A stretch of 38,029 nt of DNA from positions 1 through 38,029 of IMG/VR virus record IMGVR_UViG_3300025114_000010. One strand, 5' to 3'. Source of the DNA: a virus (taxonomy: Duplodnaviria; Caudoviricetes). The translations under genes were made by a program, and so were the position numbers. The notes under the pieces are model-generated. The model made no database searches and was not told where the DNA came from. It worked only from the letters and a program-made list of their open reading frames with translations. Below, piece after piece: positions 15,395 through 25,176 of the stretch (the first letter of the stretch is position 1; every line of letters begins with the position of its first letter).

Positions 15395-17585
15395 ATCGCT
15401 TGATGATCTGAAATCAGTCAGAGCATATCTAACAAGGGTGGGGGCAGAGGCCCGATCCCTCAAGACAGCTGTTATCAGGGAGCAGTTCGGTAACTATTGG
15501 AAAGACCTTGCAATCATCCGTTTCAACAAGGAAGGCGAAGTCAATTGCTCGGTCGCTGAGCACGCACCAACAGACTTGGAGGAGGCTTCCATCAAGCAGG
15601 AGTTCGCCAACGTAGAGTGGCCGACCATCAAGCCTCTGCACTCCATCGTCAAGCCTCCCAAGATGATCAAGGAAGCTGCCAAGGAGGACATATACGAATT
15701 CAGGAACACTACTGGTGAGATCATCTTCATTCAGGTACGCATTGAGCGTGAGGGAGACAAGAACTATGTGCCCTGGACCTTCTGGGACGATGACACGTGG
15801 CGGTGTTGTGAGCCTGACGGTCCATTGCCTTTGTACGGCGCAGACCGGCTCAAAGACAACTACGCAGTCTTCATCCACGAAGGAGCCAAAGCTGCCAGAC
15901 ACTGCCAGTGGATGGTTGATGCCGAGGAGGACAATGCCAAGAAGACTTTGGCGACGCACCCTTGGGGCAAGGAGCTAGCTGGTGCAGCTCACATAGGTTG
16001 GGTCGGTGGGGCCATGAGCCCGTACCGCACTGACTGGTCAATCCTGCAGAAGATGGGAATCAAAAGAGCATACATCGTAGCGGACAACGACGAGCCTGGG
16101 AGGGCAGCTGTACCAGCGATCTCTCAACAGCTCCGGGCACCAACATTCATGATTCAATTCACTAATGAGTGGCCAGCATCGTTTGATCTGGCTGATGAGT
16201 TCCCTGAGTACTTGTTCGGTGAGGCTGGCGAGGCGCGACACTATGTAGGACCTAGCTGGCGCGATTGCCTGCATCCTGCCACATGGGCCACCGATCTGGT
16301 AGCTAACCCCAAGGGCAAGGCCACCCCGGTACTCAGGGATTCATTCAAGCATATGTGGTCTTACGTTGAAGAGGCTGACATGTTCATCTGCACTGAGATG
16401 CCTGAGATCATCCGCTCAGAGCCGATACTGAATAAGATGCTGGCACCCTTCAGCCATGCAGCAGAGACTTCCCGGCTCATCACCAAGGCATATAGAGGCA
16501 GGTCCACTAGGGTGTGCTACCGTCCTGATCATGATGGGTTGTTGGTGACATTTAGGGGCAGCTCGGCAATCAACTTGCATGTCCCAACAAACATTAAGTC
16601 TGTCAAGGGTAATTCAAAGCCTTGGGAGGGCTTCCTGGGTTATATGTTCATGAATGAGAGCGAGTGCCATGAGGTCATGAGGTGGTGTGCAACCCTGATC
16701 GCCAAGCCAGAGATACGCATGGGCTACGGCATGTTGCTGGTCTCTGAGAAGCAAGGCATAGGCAAGACGACCCTAGGTGCCCACATCCTTGCGCCATTGG
16801 TAGGGGACCAAAATGTAGGCTTCCCTGGTGAGACTGACATAGCCAATTCAGCCTTCAATGACTGGATGGCCAACAAGCGCCTCGTCGTTGTGGGAGAGAT
16901 ATATTCCGGTCACTCATGGAAAGCCTACCACGCACTCAAGCCGGTGATTACTGACAGGGACGTGACCGTCAATCAGAAGTACATGAGGCAGTACCGTATT
17001 GAAAACTGGTGTCATGTGCTGGCCTCATCAAACTCCATGCGTGCATTGAAGATGGAGAACGATGATCGACGATGGTTCTATCCGGAGGTGAGCGAGGTGG
17101 CATGGCCCAAGAGCAAGTTCCGTGACCTGCGCAAATGGATTGATGGTGGTGGGCTAGCCATCATCAAGCACTGGGCAGAGAACTTCGGAGATTACGTTGA
17201 TGTAGCTGACCGAGCGCCTATGACCGAGCGCAAGAAGGAGATGATTGAAGGCTCAAGGAGCGAGGCTCAGGCCGAAGCTGTGGCCTTGGCTGAAAGCCTA
17301 GCCGACTCTCAGGTTCCTGGCGCTATGGCCATGAAAGATGTGGTGATGTGGGTGCGCCAAGCCTCGCAGGGTAGGGTCTTTGACTCTGACTATGAGCTGC
17401 GCAAGGCGATGACTGAAGCTGGCTTACGCTCATGGCCGAAGAGGGTGAAGATTTCTGGCCGTTTGCAAAATGTGGTGATGAACGAGTTGCTGTGGGACGA
17501 GGCTAAACGTAACAAGGCAGACTCAATTGAAACCATTCGTGAGGCGTGCAAAAAGCCTTCCGAGTTTATGGAGTCAGCAATGTGA
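15384..17585 (+). CDS. primase-helicase (TOPRIM plus SF3/DUF5906-like NTPase)
   Basis: IHEGAKAA, VADNDEPG and FDLAD (TOPRIM); QGIGKT Walker A, ASSN and DDRRW. Confidence 0.87.
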   Translation: MKIKSLDDLKSVRAYLTRVGAEARSLKTAVIREQFGNYWKDLAIIRFNKEGEVNCSVAEHAPTDLEEASIKQEFANVEWPTIKPLHSIVKPPKMIKEAAKEDIYEFRNTTGEIIFIQVRIEREGDKNYVPWTFWDDDTWRCCEPDGPLPLYGADRLKDNYAVFIHEGAKAARHCQWMVDAEEDNAKKTLATHPWGKELAGAAHIGWVGGAMSPYRTDWSILQKMGIKRAYIVADNDEPGRAAVPAISQQLRAPTFMIQFTNEWPASFDLADEFPEYLFGEAGEARHYVGPSWRDCLHPATWATDLVANPKGKATPVLRDSFKHMWSYVEEADMFICTEMPEIIRSEPILNKMLAPFSHAAETSRLITKAYRGRSTRVCYRPDHDGLLVTFRGSSAINLHVPTNIKSVKGNSKPWEGFLGYMFMNESECHEVMRWCATLIAKPEIRMGYGMLLVSEKQGIGKTTLGAHILAPLVGDQNVGFPGETDIANSAFNDWMANKRLVVVGEIYSGHSWKAYHALKPVITDRDVTVNQKYMRQYRIENWCHVLASSNSMRALKMENDDRRWFYPEVSEVAWPKSKFRDLRKWIDGGGLAIIKHWAENFGDYVDVADRAPMTERKKEMIEGSRSEAQAEAVALAESLADSQVPGAMAMKDVVMWVRQASQGRVFDSDYELRKAMTEAGLRSWPKRVKISGRLQNVVMNELLWDEAKRNKADSIETIREACKKPSEFMESAM

Positions 17586-18121
17586 TTGAAAGATATCAAA
17601 AGGGACATGTGAACGGGTTCGTGCCGCTTAGGTCAGGCAACATGGTGCATTTGATGATACCCAAGTGTGGGACCAACACTGTCGCTGAGGTGCTTCAGCA
17701 TCGCAATGGCTGGGAGCGGTTCAGAGAAAAGATGTTTGATGAGGAGTGGGAGTACACTGCCATTGTGCGTCACCCTGTTGACCGTTGGGTGAGTGGGGCA
17801 ATGCAATACGAGCAGGGTGGACAGCAGCGTCGGCATGGGTCTGTTGACAATGCCATTAAGAAGATGGTGTTTGACTGCCACACAGCGCCACAATATCTGT
17901 GGCTGATGGGCTTTGATGGTCATGTCAATCTCAAGTTGTTCAAGCTAGAGCACATTAAGCGTTTGTGGGAGCATCTTGGCATTACAAATTGGCGTGGAGT
18001 GCACAAACAGAAACGGATATACTTCCCAGGCCGAAGCAAGTTGGTGCTTGAGGAGAAGCATGAGGAACGCATCATGGATCACTATGCTGAGGATATGAGA
18101 CTTTATGAAAGGGCAGAATGA
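17582..18121 (+). CDS. sulfotransferase family 2-like protein
   Basis: 5'-PSB motif IPKCGTNT, 3'-PB motif VRHPVDRWVS, DCHTAPQ and C-terminal YAEDMRLY; GTGA coupling to the primase. Confidence 0.8.
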   Translation: MIERYQKGHVNGFVPLRSGNMVHLMIPKCGTNTVAEVLQHRNGWERFREKMFDEEWEYTAIVRHPVDRWVSGAMQYEQGGQQRRHGSVDNAIKKMVFDCHTAPQYLWLMGFDGHVNLKLFKLEHIKRLWEHLGITNWRGVHKQKRIYFPGRSKLVLEEKHEERIMDHYAEDMRLYERAE

Positions 18122-18354
18122 TGGCTGAGATAATAGGTGTGAAGAGGCCAGCGTGGCCTGTGAGGATGGAGATCAATGGCAAGGGTGTAAAGCTCAATGC
18201 TGATGGTAGTGTTGAAGGAGACATTGATGAGTTCATTAAGGAGGGTGAAGGGTATAAAGGTGATCTTGGTCCTCTTGGTGTTCCGCTTTGGTTGGTGCTC
18301 ATACACCTGAGAGAAGAGAAAATATTCCAGAATGTCAGCAAAAATCAAGTGTGA
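18118..18354 (+). CDS. hypothetical protein
   Basis: Coupled 78-aa ORF in the operon. Confidence 0.55.
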   Translation: MMAEIIGVKRPAWPVRMEINGKGVKLNADGSVEGDIDEFIKEGEGYKGDLGPLGVPLWLVLIHLREEKIFQNVSKNQV

Positions 18355-18763
18355 GCGCGATGTGCGCAAATGGGTCACTAAAGAGTTTGGTGATCAGGTG
18401 CTGTGGGTTGAACATGCCTCTGGTGGCAGTGTTGGCTTCCCTGATTGTGTGCTGCTCATGGATCAGATGTGCTGGCCGATGGAGCTTAAATATGGCAACA
18501 TTAAGAATGGCTATTGGTCTGGGTGGCTTCGTTCTGCACAAAGGATGGTTGGTAAACAGTTCTTGAAGCATGGTGTGAAAATGCACATCCTTGTTGGTTC
18601 GGAATTTGAAAAGGTGCTATGGCTGTGCTCTTTTGAAAAGTATTTTCAGGCTGGTGAAGATGATAAAGAGGTGAAAATGGAACCTGTTTCCTGTCGGCTT
18701 GATGTTGTTTCTGCATTGTCCAAGTTGCCTGCAGCTAAAAAGCTGTGTGATGGGCTGTCGTGA
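18332..18763 (+). CDS. PD-(D/E)XK nuclease (VRR-NUC/resolvase-like)
   Basis: E...GFPD...MELK...LRSAQ motif pattern. Confidence 0.8.
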   Translation: MSAKIKCERDVRKWVTKEFGDQVLWVEHASGGSVGFPDCVLLMDQMCWPMELKYGNIKNGYWSGWLRSAQRMVGKQFLKHGVKMHILVGSEFEKVLWLCSFEKYFQAGEDDKEVKMEPVSCRLDVVSALSKLPAAKKLCDGLS

Positions 18764-18778
18764 TTGTGGAAAAAACCA

Positions 18779-18922
18779 AAAAGTTAAGTCCTTGTTTTCA
18801 TTGAATACTGAGGTTCGGAGTTCGCTTTTTTTGCTTGTTTCAAGACTTTCAGGGAATTAATAAAGAGAAAGTAATTCCTAAGAGTTTTGGAATACAATGA
18901 AAAAAGCGAACTCCGAACCTTG
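18779..18922. repeat. imperfect palindromic element, copy 2
   Basis: 21-bp perfect IR AGGTTCGGAGTTCGCTTTTTT (18811-18831) / AAAAAAGCGAACTCCGAACCT (18900-18920), with inner imperfect arms. Confidence 0.92.
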
Positions 18923-18947
18923 AGCCATACAGACCTGAAACTGTGTG

Positions 18948-19025
18948 ATTTGAAAACACACTTTGGCTTTATATAAAACAGGAATTTTTATTTTGTTTCT
19001 TTTTGTGGCAGTTTGGTGCATAACT
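18948..19025 (+). promoter_or_regulatory. putative promoter region of the packaging/virion operon
   Basis: TTGAAA-16 nt-TATAAA; shares motifs with the 6930-7050 divergent region. Confidence 0.5.
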
Positions 19026-19056
19026 TCTGTACCGTTTAGAACGGCGTGTTTACGGA

Positions 19057-19374
19057 TTGGGAAGTGTGGCTGTTAAAAAATCAATGAATGGCACAGGCAA
19101 GGAGGCCACGCAATTTAAAGCAGGCAATCCTGGTCGTGCCAAAGGCTCGAAGAACAAGCGCACTGTGGCTGTGGCCGAAGCACTGCAGTCAGCGTTTGAT
19201 GGCATTGGTGGGGTTGATGCTCTTATCAAATATGCAAAGACAGACACCGAAGGCTTTTATAAGCTATGGGTCAAGATGCTCCCACAACAAATTAAAGCAG
19301 ACATAAGCATGAACGCTCCACTCATTGAGATCATCCAAGAGGGGAGGCGACGTGCATCACACAAACAAAGTTGA
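19057..19374 (+). CDS. putative terminase small subunit
   Basis: QFKAGNPGRAKGSKNK N-terminal motif; directly upstream of the large terminase; start may be GTG 19066. Confidence 0.72.
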   Translation: MGSVAVKKSMNGTGKEATQFKAGNPGRAKGSKNKRTVAVAEALQSAFDGIGGVDALIKYAKTDTEGFYKLWVKMLPQQIKADISMNAPLIEIIQEGRRRASHKQS

Positions 19375-20872
19375 TCCTGAGGTGATGCTGTGTGAGGACA
19401 TGGCGCTCTTTTATACTGACCCATTAGGGTTTGTGATGTATGCATATGACTGGGACAATGATGCATCAATTCAGATAGTTGAGTTGGCTGAGCCATGGGC
19501 CAGTAAGTATAATAGTAAGTATGGTCCTGATAAGTGGTCATGCAAGTTCCTTGATCGTTTGGGTGAGGAAGTTAAGAAGCGAGGCTTTGATGGCATCAAT
19601 GCTGTCAACCCCATACGCATGGCAGTGACGTCTGGCCATGGCGTAGGCAAGAGCGCAATGACTGGTTGGTTGGTCAACTGGATCATGAGCACTCGCCCAT
19701 ACGCTCAGGGCACAGTCACTGCCAACACATATGCTCAGCTTGAGACCAAGACGTGGGCCCAAATCATTAAGTGGACTAAGAAGTGTGCCACATCACATTG
19801 GTTCGCAACGTCAGCCACTAAGATGTATCACAAGGACCACTCGGAGTCCTGGTTTTGTTCAGCCCAGACATGCCGTGAAGAGAACAGTGAGGCATTCGCT
19901 GGTCAGCATGCTGTGAACAGTACATCCTTTTACATCAATGATGAAGGCTCTGCCATTGCCAATATCATTTATGAGGTGCAGGAGGGTGGCCTGACCGATG
20001 GTGAGTCTATGCAGTTTAACTTTGGCAACCCAACACGCAACACTGGCTTCTTCCGTGAGTGCTGGCGCAAGTTCCGTCATCGCTGGATCACATTCAAGGT
20101 GGACAGCCGTGATGTTCAGATCACCAACAAAGAGCACCTACAGTCGCTCATTGATGACTATGGCATTAATAGTGACACTGTCAAGGTGCGTGTACTAGGT
20201 GAGTTCCCAGCCCAGTCATTCAAGCAATTCATCAACGAGGCTGATGTTGAGGCAGCCATGGATCGTCACATCAAGCAGACATCCTACAGCTTTGCACCCA
20301 AGGTCATTGGCGTTGACCCGTCATGGTCAGGAGATGATGAGTTCGTCATAGGCATTCGCCAAGGACTCTTTTATAAGCAGCTGGGTAAATGGGAGAAGAA
20401 TGATAATGATATTGAGATGGCCAACATCATTGCACGATTTGAGGATGATGAGGGAGCTGATGCTGTCCACGTTGACGGTGGGTTTGGCACTGGCATTGTG
20501 AGTGCTGGCAAGACCATGGGTCGCAACTGGCAGATTGTATGGTTTAGCGCCAAGAGCCCAGATGTCGGTTGCATGAACCTGCGTGCCTATATGTGGAACC
20601 AAACACGTGTGTGGCTTAAGGACGGTGGGTGCATCCCTAAGGACGACATCCTTCATAGTGACCTCACAGGCCCAGAGACTGTGCCTCGTGTTGATGGCAA
20701 GATCCAGCTGGAGTCCAAAGAGGATATGAAGCGTCGTGGTGTGCCATCGCCCAACAGAGCTGATGCTCTGGCTCTGACATTTGCTATGCCTGTGGTCAAG
20801 GTTGATCATGTGCCAGTTAAGAAACAGAAAGCCCAGCATGACTTTGACCCATATGCACAGGAGAACGCATAA
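19352..20872 (+). CDS. terL: terminase large subunit
   Basis: SGHGVGKS (Walker A), INDEGS (Walker B), GNPTR, IGVDPS and SPNRADAL; exact start uncertain (19325, 19352 or 19385). Confidence 0.95.
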   Translation: MHHTNKVDPEVMLCEDMALFYTDPLGFVMYAYDWDNDASIQIVELAEPWASKYNSKYGPDKWSCKFLDRLGEEVKKRGFDGINAVNPIRMAVTSGHGVGKSAMTGWLVNWIMSTRPYAQGTVTANTYAQLETKTWAQIIKWTKKCATSHWFATSATKMYHKDHSESWFCSAQTCREENSEAFAGQHAVNSTSFYINDEGSAIANIIYEVQEGGLTDGESMQFNFGNPTRNTGFFRECWRKFRHRWITFKVDSRDVQITNKEHLQSLIDDYGINSDTVKVRVLGEFPAQSFKQFINEADVEAAMDRHIKQTSYSFAPKVIGVDPSWSGDDEFVIGIRQGLFYKQLGKWEKNDNDIEMANIIARFEDDEGADAVHVDGGFGTGIVSAGKTMGRNWQIVWFSAKSPDVGCMNLRAYMWNQTRVWLKDGGCIPKDDILHSDLTGPETVPRVDGKIQLESKEDMKRRGVPSPNRADALALTFAMPVVKVDHVPVKKQKAQHDFDPYAQENA

Positions 20873-21111
20873 TGTGTATTGGCCCTTTCGCACCTAAAAT
20901 CCCATCACCACCCAAGTTTGAGCCACCGCCAGTTCCGCCACCACCGCCGCCACCTCCCACCAAGGCGAATGAATCGGTGAGGCGGGCACGTGAGGATGCT
21001 GAAACGCGTGCACGCCACCTTGCTGGTGACCGTTCAACCATTGGCCCCCTAGGTGCACAAGGACTATTGGTGCCAGAGAATACTGGCAAGACAACTCTGT
21101 TAGGAGGTTAG
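20872..21111 (+). CDS. small proline-rich putative virion protein
   Basis: Met-Cys start, poly-Pro tract and C-terminal TGKTTLLGG; lies between terL and portal. Confidence 0.8.
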   Translation: MCIGPFAPKIPSPPKFEPPPVPPPPPPPPTKANESVRRAREDAETRARHLAGDRSTIGPLGAQGLLVPENTGKTTLLGG

Positions 21112-21115
21112 ACCG

Positions 21116-21361
21116 ATGTGTGGAGGATCAGCGCCATCACCACCAGCGCCAGCGCCAGCGCCAGCGCCGCCACCGCCTGCTCCGTTGCCTCCCAAGGCAC
21201 CAAAGGGCAGTAGGCGTCGTGCCAATGCAGCTTACTCAGCAACAAGGTCCAGGAACTCTGGAGCTTTGCAGCAGACAGGCGCAAGTGCAACCATCGGATC
21301 AAGCACCTTGCTGTCACAGGTAGGAGCAGGGTCCACTGGCAAGACTCTTTTAGGAGCTTAA
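21116..21361 (+). CDS. small proline-rich putative virion protein (paralog of the previous gene)
   Basis: MCGG start, Pro-Ala repeats and C-terminal TGKTLLGA; AGGAGG RBS. Confidence 0.8.
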   Translation: MCGGSAPSPPAPAPAPAPPPPAPLPPKAPKGSRRRANAAYSATRSRNSGALQQTGASATIGSSTLLSQVGAGSTGKTLLGA

Positions 21362-21362
21362 C

Positions 21363-23105
21363 TTGGCCACAGTCAATCCCATCGCAGGATCCAGCAACAC
21401 AAAGCCCACCACAGCGCATGATTATGTCACACGCCGCATTGGTGCTATGAACTCAGAAAGAGCTTCGTGGGACTTCCATTGGAAAGACTTAATGGATAAC
21501 TTCTCTCCTCGCAGAGGGAAGTTTCTATCCACTGACCGGAACAAAGGCGCTAAGCGAAACACATTATCAAATAATACACCTTTGTTCGCTAGACGAGTTC
21601 TGGTCAGTGGGCTTATGACGGGCATCACCAGCCCAGCAAGACCTTGGTTCCGGCTGTCATCGCCAGACCCTGACATGGATGACTTTGGCCCAGTACGTGA
21701 GTGGCTTGACAGTGCAGAGAAGCTGATGTACAAAGTGTTTGCCTCGTCCAACTTGTACAAGGCGCTGCCACTCATTTACGAAGAGGCAGGAGTCATCGGT
21801 ACAGCTGCCATGATCCAAGAGGATGATTTTGACAACGTCATACGCTTCACCAACTTCACTGTTGGCGAGTACATGCTGGACATTGATGGCAGGTTGAAGG
21901 TGGACACATTTGGTCGTGAGTATGAGATGACCGTTCACCAGTTGATTGATGAATTTGGTTACGAGAATGTCAGTCGGACTGTTCAGAACCTTTATGACGT
22001 GGGCACATATGGCTCATGGATCAAGGTCGTCCACCTGATTGAGCCAGTCAGCAACATGGAGTTTGATGAGTTTAATCTTGATCCGAAGTTCAAGTGGCGC
22101 TCTATCTATTATGAACCAGGCAGGGACGGCCTACATAAGACCAAGTTCCTCCGTGTCAAAGGCTATGAGAATTTTCCAATCCTTGCCCCTCGTTGGGATG
22201 CCAAGGCAGGTGACATATATGGATTCAGCCCTGGCATGGATGCTCTGGGCGATAGCCGGGTACTGCAGGTTCAAGAGCGTGAGAAGGGCAAGGCAATTGC
22301 CAAGATGGTTGCCCCACCGACCACTGCTCCAAGCGCACTCAAGAATACCAATGTCAGCTTGCTTCCTGGAGCGAACAACTTTAGTGATGACCCTAATAAC
22401 ATCTTTAAGCCGATCTATCAGGTTAACCCCAGAGTGGCAGAGCTGAGTGCAGACATACAGTTGACAGAGGATCGCATCAACAGAGCCTTTTACGTGGATC
22501 TGTTCCTGTTGATCAGTCGGCAGGACGATATACGCACAGCCACTGAGATCAACGCAAGGCAGGAGGAGAAGCTGCTTCAGCTAGGTCCAGTGCTTGAGGG
22601 CATGCATGACGAGCTACTTGACCCGCTCATTGACAACACCTTTGCTCGCCTGATGAGGCTGAGTGAGCCGGGATGGTCAGACGAAAGCCAGCCCCAGATG
22701 CTTCCGCCACCTCCTGATGAGATCTTCGGTGCAGAGCTCAAGGTTGATTACATCAGCATCCTCGCTCAAGCCCAGAAGCTGGTAAGCACTGGCGCTATGG
22801 AGCGTTGGGTTGGGTTCACTGGTCAGCTAGCTGGCTTACGGCCGGAAGTTCTTGATAAGCTCAATGCTGACGAGATCGTTGAGATCATGGCAGATGATCT
22901 TGGTGTTCCGAACCAAGTGGTTATTGGTGAGGAGCAGGTTCAAGAGCAACGTCAGGCACGTGCCGAGAAGATAGCGCAGCAAGAGACTGCACAGAGCCTC
23001 CAAGGTGTAATAGAAGGAGCCAAAGGATTAAGCGACACCGATACCACTGCTGGCAATGTGCTGGGTGATCTTGTTGGTGGGTTGAATTCGCAGGGAGGCC
23101 AATAA
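21363..23105 (+). CDS. portal (head-to-tail connector), T7/BPP-1-like
   Basis: LMTGITSPARPWF, PRW...YGFSPGMDALGD and RTATEINARQEEKLLQLGPVL motifs. Confidence 0.95.
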   Translation: MATVNPIAGSSNTKPTTAHDYVTRRIGAMNSERASWDFHWKDLMDNFSPRRGKFLSTDRNKGAKRNTLSNNTPLFARRVLVSGLMTGITSPARPWFRLSSPDPDMDDFGPVREWLDSAEKLMYKVFASSNLYKALPLIYEEAGVIGTAAMIQEDDFDNVIRFTNFTVGEYMLDIDGRLKVDTFGREYEMTVHQLIDEFGYENVSRTVQNLYDVGTYGSWIKVVHLIEPVSNMEFDEFNLDPKFKWRSIYYEPGRDGLHKTKFLRVKGYENFPILAPRWDAKAGDIYGFSPGMDALGDSRVLQVQEREKGKAIAKMVAPPTTAPSALKNTNVSLLPGANNFSDDPNNIFKPIYQVNPRVAELSADIQLTEDRINRAFYVDLFLLISRQDDIRTATEINARQEEKLLQLGPVLEGMHDELLDPLIDNTFARLMRLSEPGWSDESQPQMLPPPPDEIFGAELKVDYISILAQAQKLVSTGAMERWVGFTGQLAGLRPEVLDKLNADEIVEIMADDLGVPNQVVIGEEQVQEQRQARAEKIAQQETAQSLQGVIEGAKGLSDTDTTAGNVLGDLVGGLNSQGGQ

Positions 23106-23422
23106 TGGCAGAAGTAGCTGAAGACTTTACTGACCCACGGCAGCACAAAAAGCGAAGCAAGGCTTTCAAGCTGCGTGAGACAAAGGAGAAGGAAGACTTA
23201 AGCAAGATGCTTAAAGACCCATCAGGGCGCAGAGTGCTATGGCGGATCATGGAGCAATCAAAATTGTTGGCGCCAGATATGTTCACTGGCAACAGCACCA
23301 CTTTTTACAACCTGGGCAAGCGTGACCTCGGTCTTTGGTTGTACAACGAAATCATGGGGTCAGAACCTCAAGCGTTCATGAAGATCATGGACGAGCAATT
23401 AAAGGAGACGTTACATGGCTGA
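23105..23422 (+). CDS. Bbp19-like phage protein
   Basis: SGRRVLWRI...TFYNLGKRDLGL; position after the portal. Confidence 0.75.
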   Translation: MAEVAEDFTDPRQHKKRSKAFKLRETKEKEDLSKMLKDPSGRRVLWRIMEQSKLLAPDMFTGNSTTFYNLGKRDLGLWLYNEIMGSEPQAFMKIMDEQLKETLHG

Positions 23423-24119
23423 AAAAGTTGCGGAAGAAAACACCGAACCCGCAGGTGAAAGTCAAGACGAGTCTTCAGACGATAAGGACGTGACCTCCTC
23501 GGCCGACGAAACCTTATTGACTAAAGACGAAGCTGCTGATCAAGATGCCGACAAAGCAGAGGACACCGAGAGTGACGATGCTGAAGGCGACGGTGAAGCA
23601 GAGCCTGTTGATTACGAAGATCTTACAATGCCTGAGGGCATGGAGATCGACGAGGCAATGTTGGGAGAATTCAAAGATATCGCTGCCAAGATGAATGATG
23701 GTAAGGGATTGTCCAAAGAAGATGCCCAGCTGCTTGTTGATTTCAGAGCTAAGACCGTCAAGGATTCAATAGGCGAATGGGAGCTCAAGTTCTCTGAGTG
23801 GCGAGGCGAACTGCTAAGCGACAAAGAGATCGGTGGTGACAAGTTTAAAGCAGAAACTGTCCCCAACGTCCTTGCAGCCACCGAAAGGTATGGCGACAAG
23901 GAGATGCTTGTCCTCCTACAAACGAACAAGATGTATGGTGAGAACCCTGCACTCGTTCGCATGCTAAACCGTGTCGGGGAAACACTGCGAGCAGATCAAC
24001 ACGCTCGTGGAAGAGCGTCGGGACCGAATGATGAAGAAGCTCGGTTGCGTCGCATGTATCCAAGCCATTACAACGAGGACGGGACCATGAAAGAACAAAC
24101 GACTGGTTCCAAGTCTTAG
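23415..24119 (+). CDS. capsid scaffolding protein
   Basis: Highly acidic N-terminus, NPALVRML.RVG and C-terminal RMYPS; directly upstream of the major capsid gene. Confidence 0.8.
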   Translation: MAEKVAEENTEPAGESQDESSDDKDVTSSADETLLTKDEAADQDADKAEDTESDDAEGDGEAEPVDYEDLTMPEGMEIDEAMLGEFKDIAAKMNDGKGLSKEDAQLLVDFRAKTVKDSIGEWELKFSEWRGELLSDKEIGGDKFKAETVPNVLAATERYGDKEMLVLLQTNKMYGENPALVRMLNRVGETLRADQHARGRASGPNDEEARLRRMYPSHYNEDGTMKEQTTGSKS

Positions 24120-24146
24120 TTGCATGCTAAATAAGGAGAAAAGCAA

Positions 24147-25151
24147 ATGGCAACTCTCTCTGTCAAAAATCCCACTTTGCTGGATCTGGCTAAGGCCACT
24201 GATCCGGATGGTGGGATCGCAGACATCGTTGAGATCCTCTCTGAAACGAATGAGGTTCTTGATGACATGACCTGGGTCGAGGGCAACCTCACCTCAGGCA
24301 ATAGAACGTCGATCCGTACTGGACTGCCCACCCCTACGTGGCGCAAGATGTATGGCGGCGTGCAGCCGGACAAGGGCACTCAGACCCAAGTCGATGACAC
24401 CACAGGTATGCTGGAAGCATATGCTGAGGTGGACAAGGCTTTGGCTGATTTGTCCAACAACACTGCAGCTTTCAGGATGGTTGAAGAACGTGGCCACCTT
24501 GAAGGTCTCAACCAGGAAATCGTCGATACGCTGTTTTATGGAAATGAAGACTCCGAGCCGGAAGCCTTTACTGGTCTTTCTCCTCGCTTCAACTCCACCA
24601 CTGCAGCCAACGGCGAGAACGTCATCGCAGGTGGTGGCAGTGGTTCAGACAACGCCTCAATCTGGCTTATTGTTTGGTCACCTCAGACATGCTTCGGCAT
24701 CATCCCCAAAGGCTCGGTTGCTGGTCTTCAGCGCACTGATCTTGGTGAAGTCACCATTGAGGATGCATCTGATGGCTCCAACTCTGGCCGCATGCAGGCG
24801 TATCGGACTCACTATCGCTGGGATGCAGGCCTCTGTGTCCGTGATTGGCGTTATGTGGTTCGCATCGCCAACATCGACAAAAGTACTCTGACTGCAGATG
24901 CATCCAGTGGTGCTGATATCCCTGACCTGATGTTTCAGGCTATGACGCAGATCCCCAACCTTTCGCTTGGTCGGGCTGCTTGGTACATGTCTCGTAACAC
25001 CATGTCGTACTGTCGTCGCCAGGCAACCAATGCTACGTCTGGTTCCACTTTGACCATCGATAATGTGGGCGGTAAGATGATCACCCACTTCTCGGGCATT
25101 CCTCTGCGGCGTTGCGACAGCCTCTCCGCTGATGAAGCAACGGTCAGCTAA
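24147..25151 (+). CDS. major capsid protein (BPP-1 Bbp17-like)
   Basis: PTLLDLAK, LSETNEVLDD, RTGLPTPTWR, FTGLSPRF and RDWRYVVRIANID; strong AAGGAG RBS. Confidence 0.95.
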   Translation: MATLSVKNPTLLDLAKATDPDGGIADIVEILSETNEVLDDMTWVEGNLTSGNRTSIRTGLPTPTWRKMYGGVQPDKGTQTQVDDTTGMLEAYAEVDKALADLSNNTAAFRMVEERGHLEGLNQEIVDTLFYGNEDSEPEAFTGLSPRFNSTTAANGENVIAGGGSGSDNASIWLIVWSPQTCFGIIPKGSVAGLQRTDLGEVTIEDASDGSNSGRMQAYRTHYRWDAGLCVRDWRYVVRIANIDKSTLTADASSGADIPDLMFQAMTQIPNLSLGRAAWYMSRNTMSYCRRQATNATSGSTLTIDNVGGKMITHFSGIPLRRCDSLSADEATVS

Positions 25152-25176
25152 CCCTGGATCAAGAAGGAGTATTGAA

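Noticed and set aside
20920-21180. CCA/CCG and GCGCCA microsatellite-like runs
   Set aside because: Explained by poly-Pro and Pro-Ala coding
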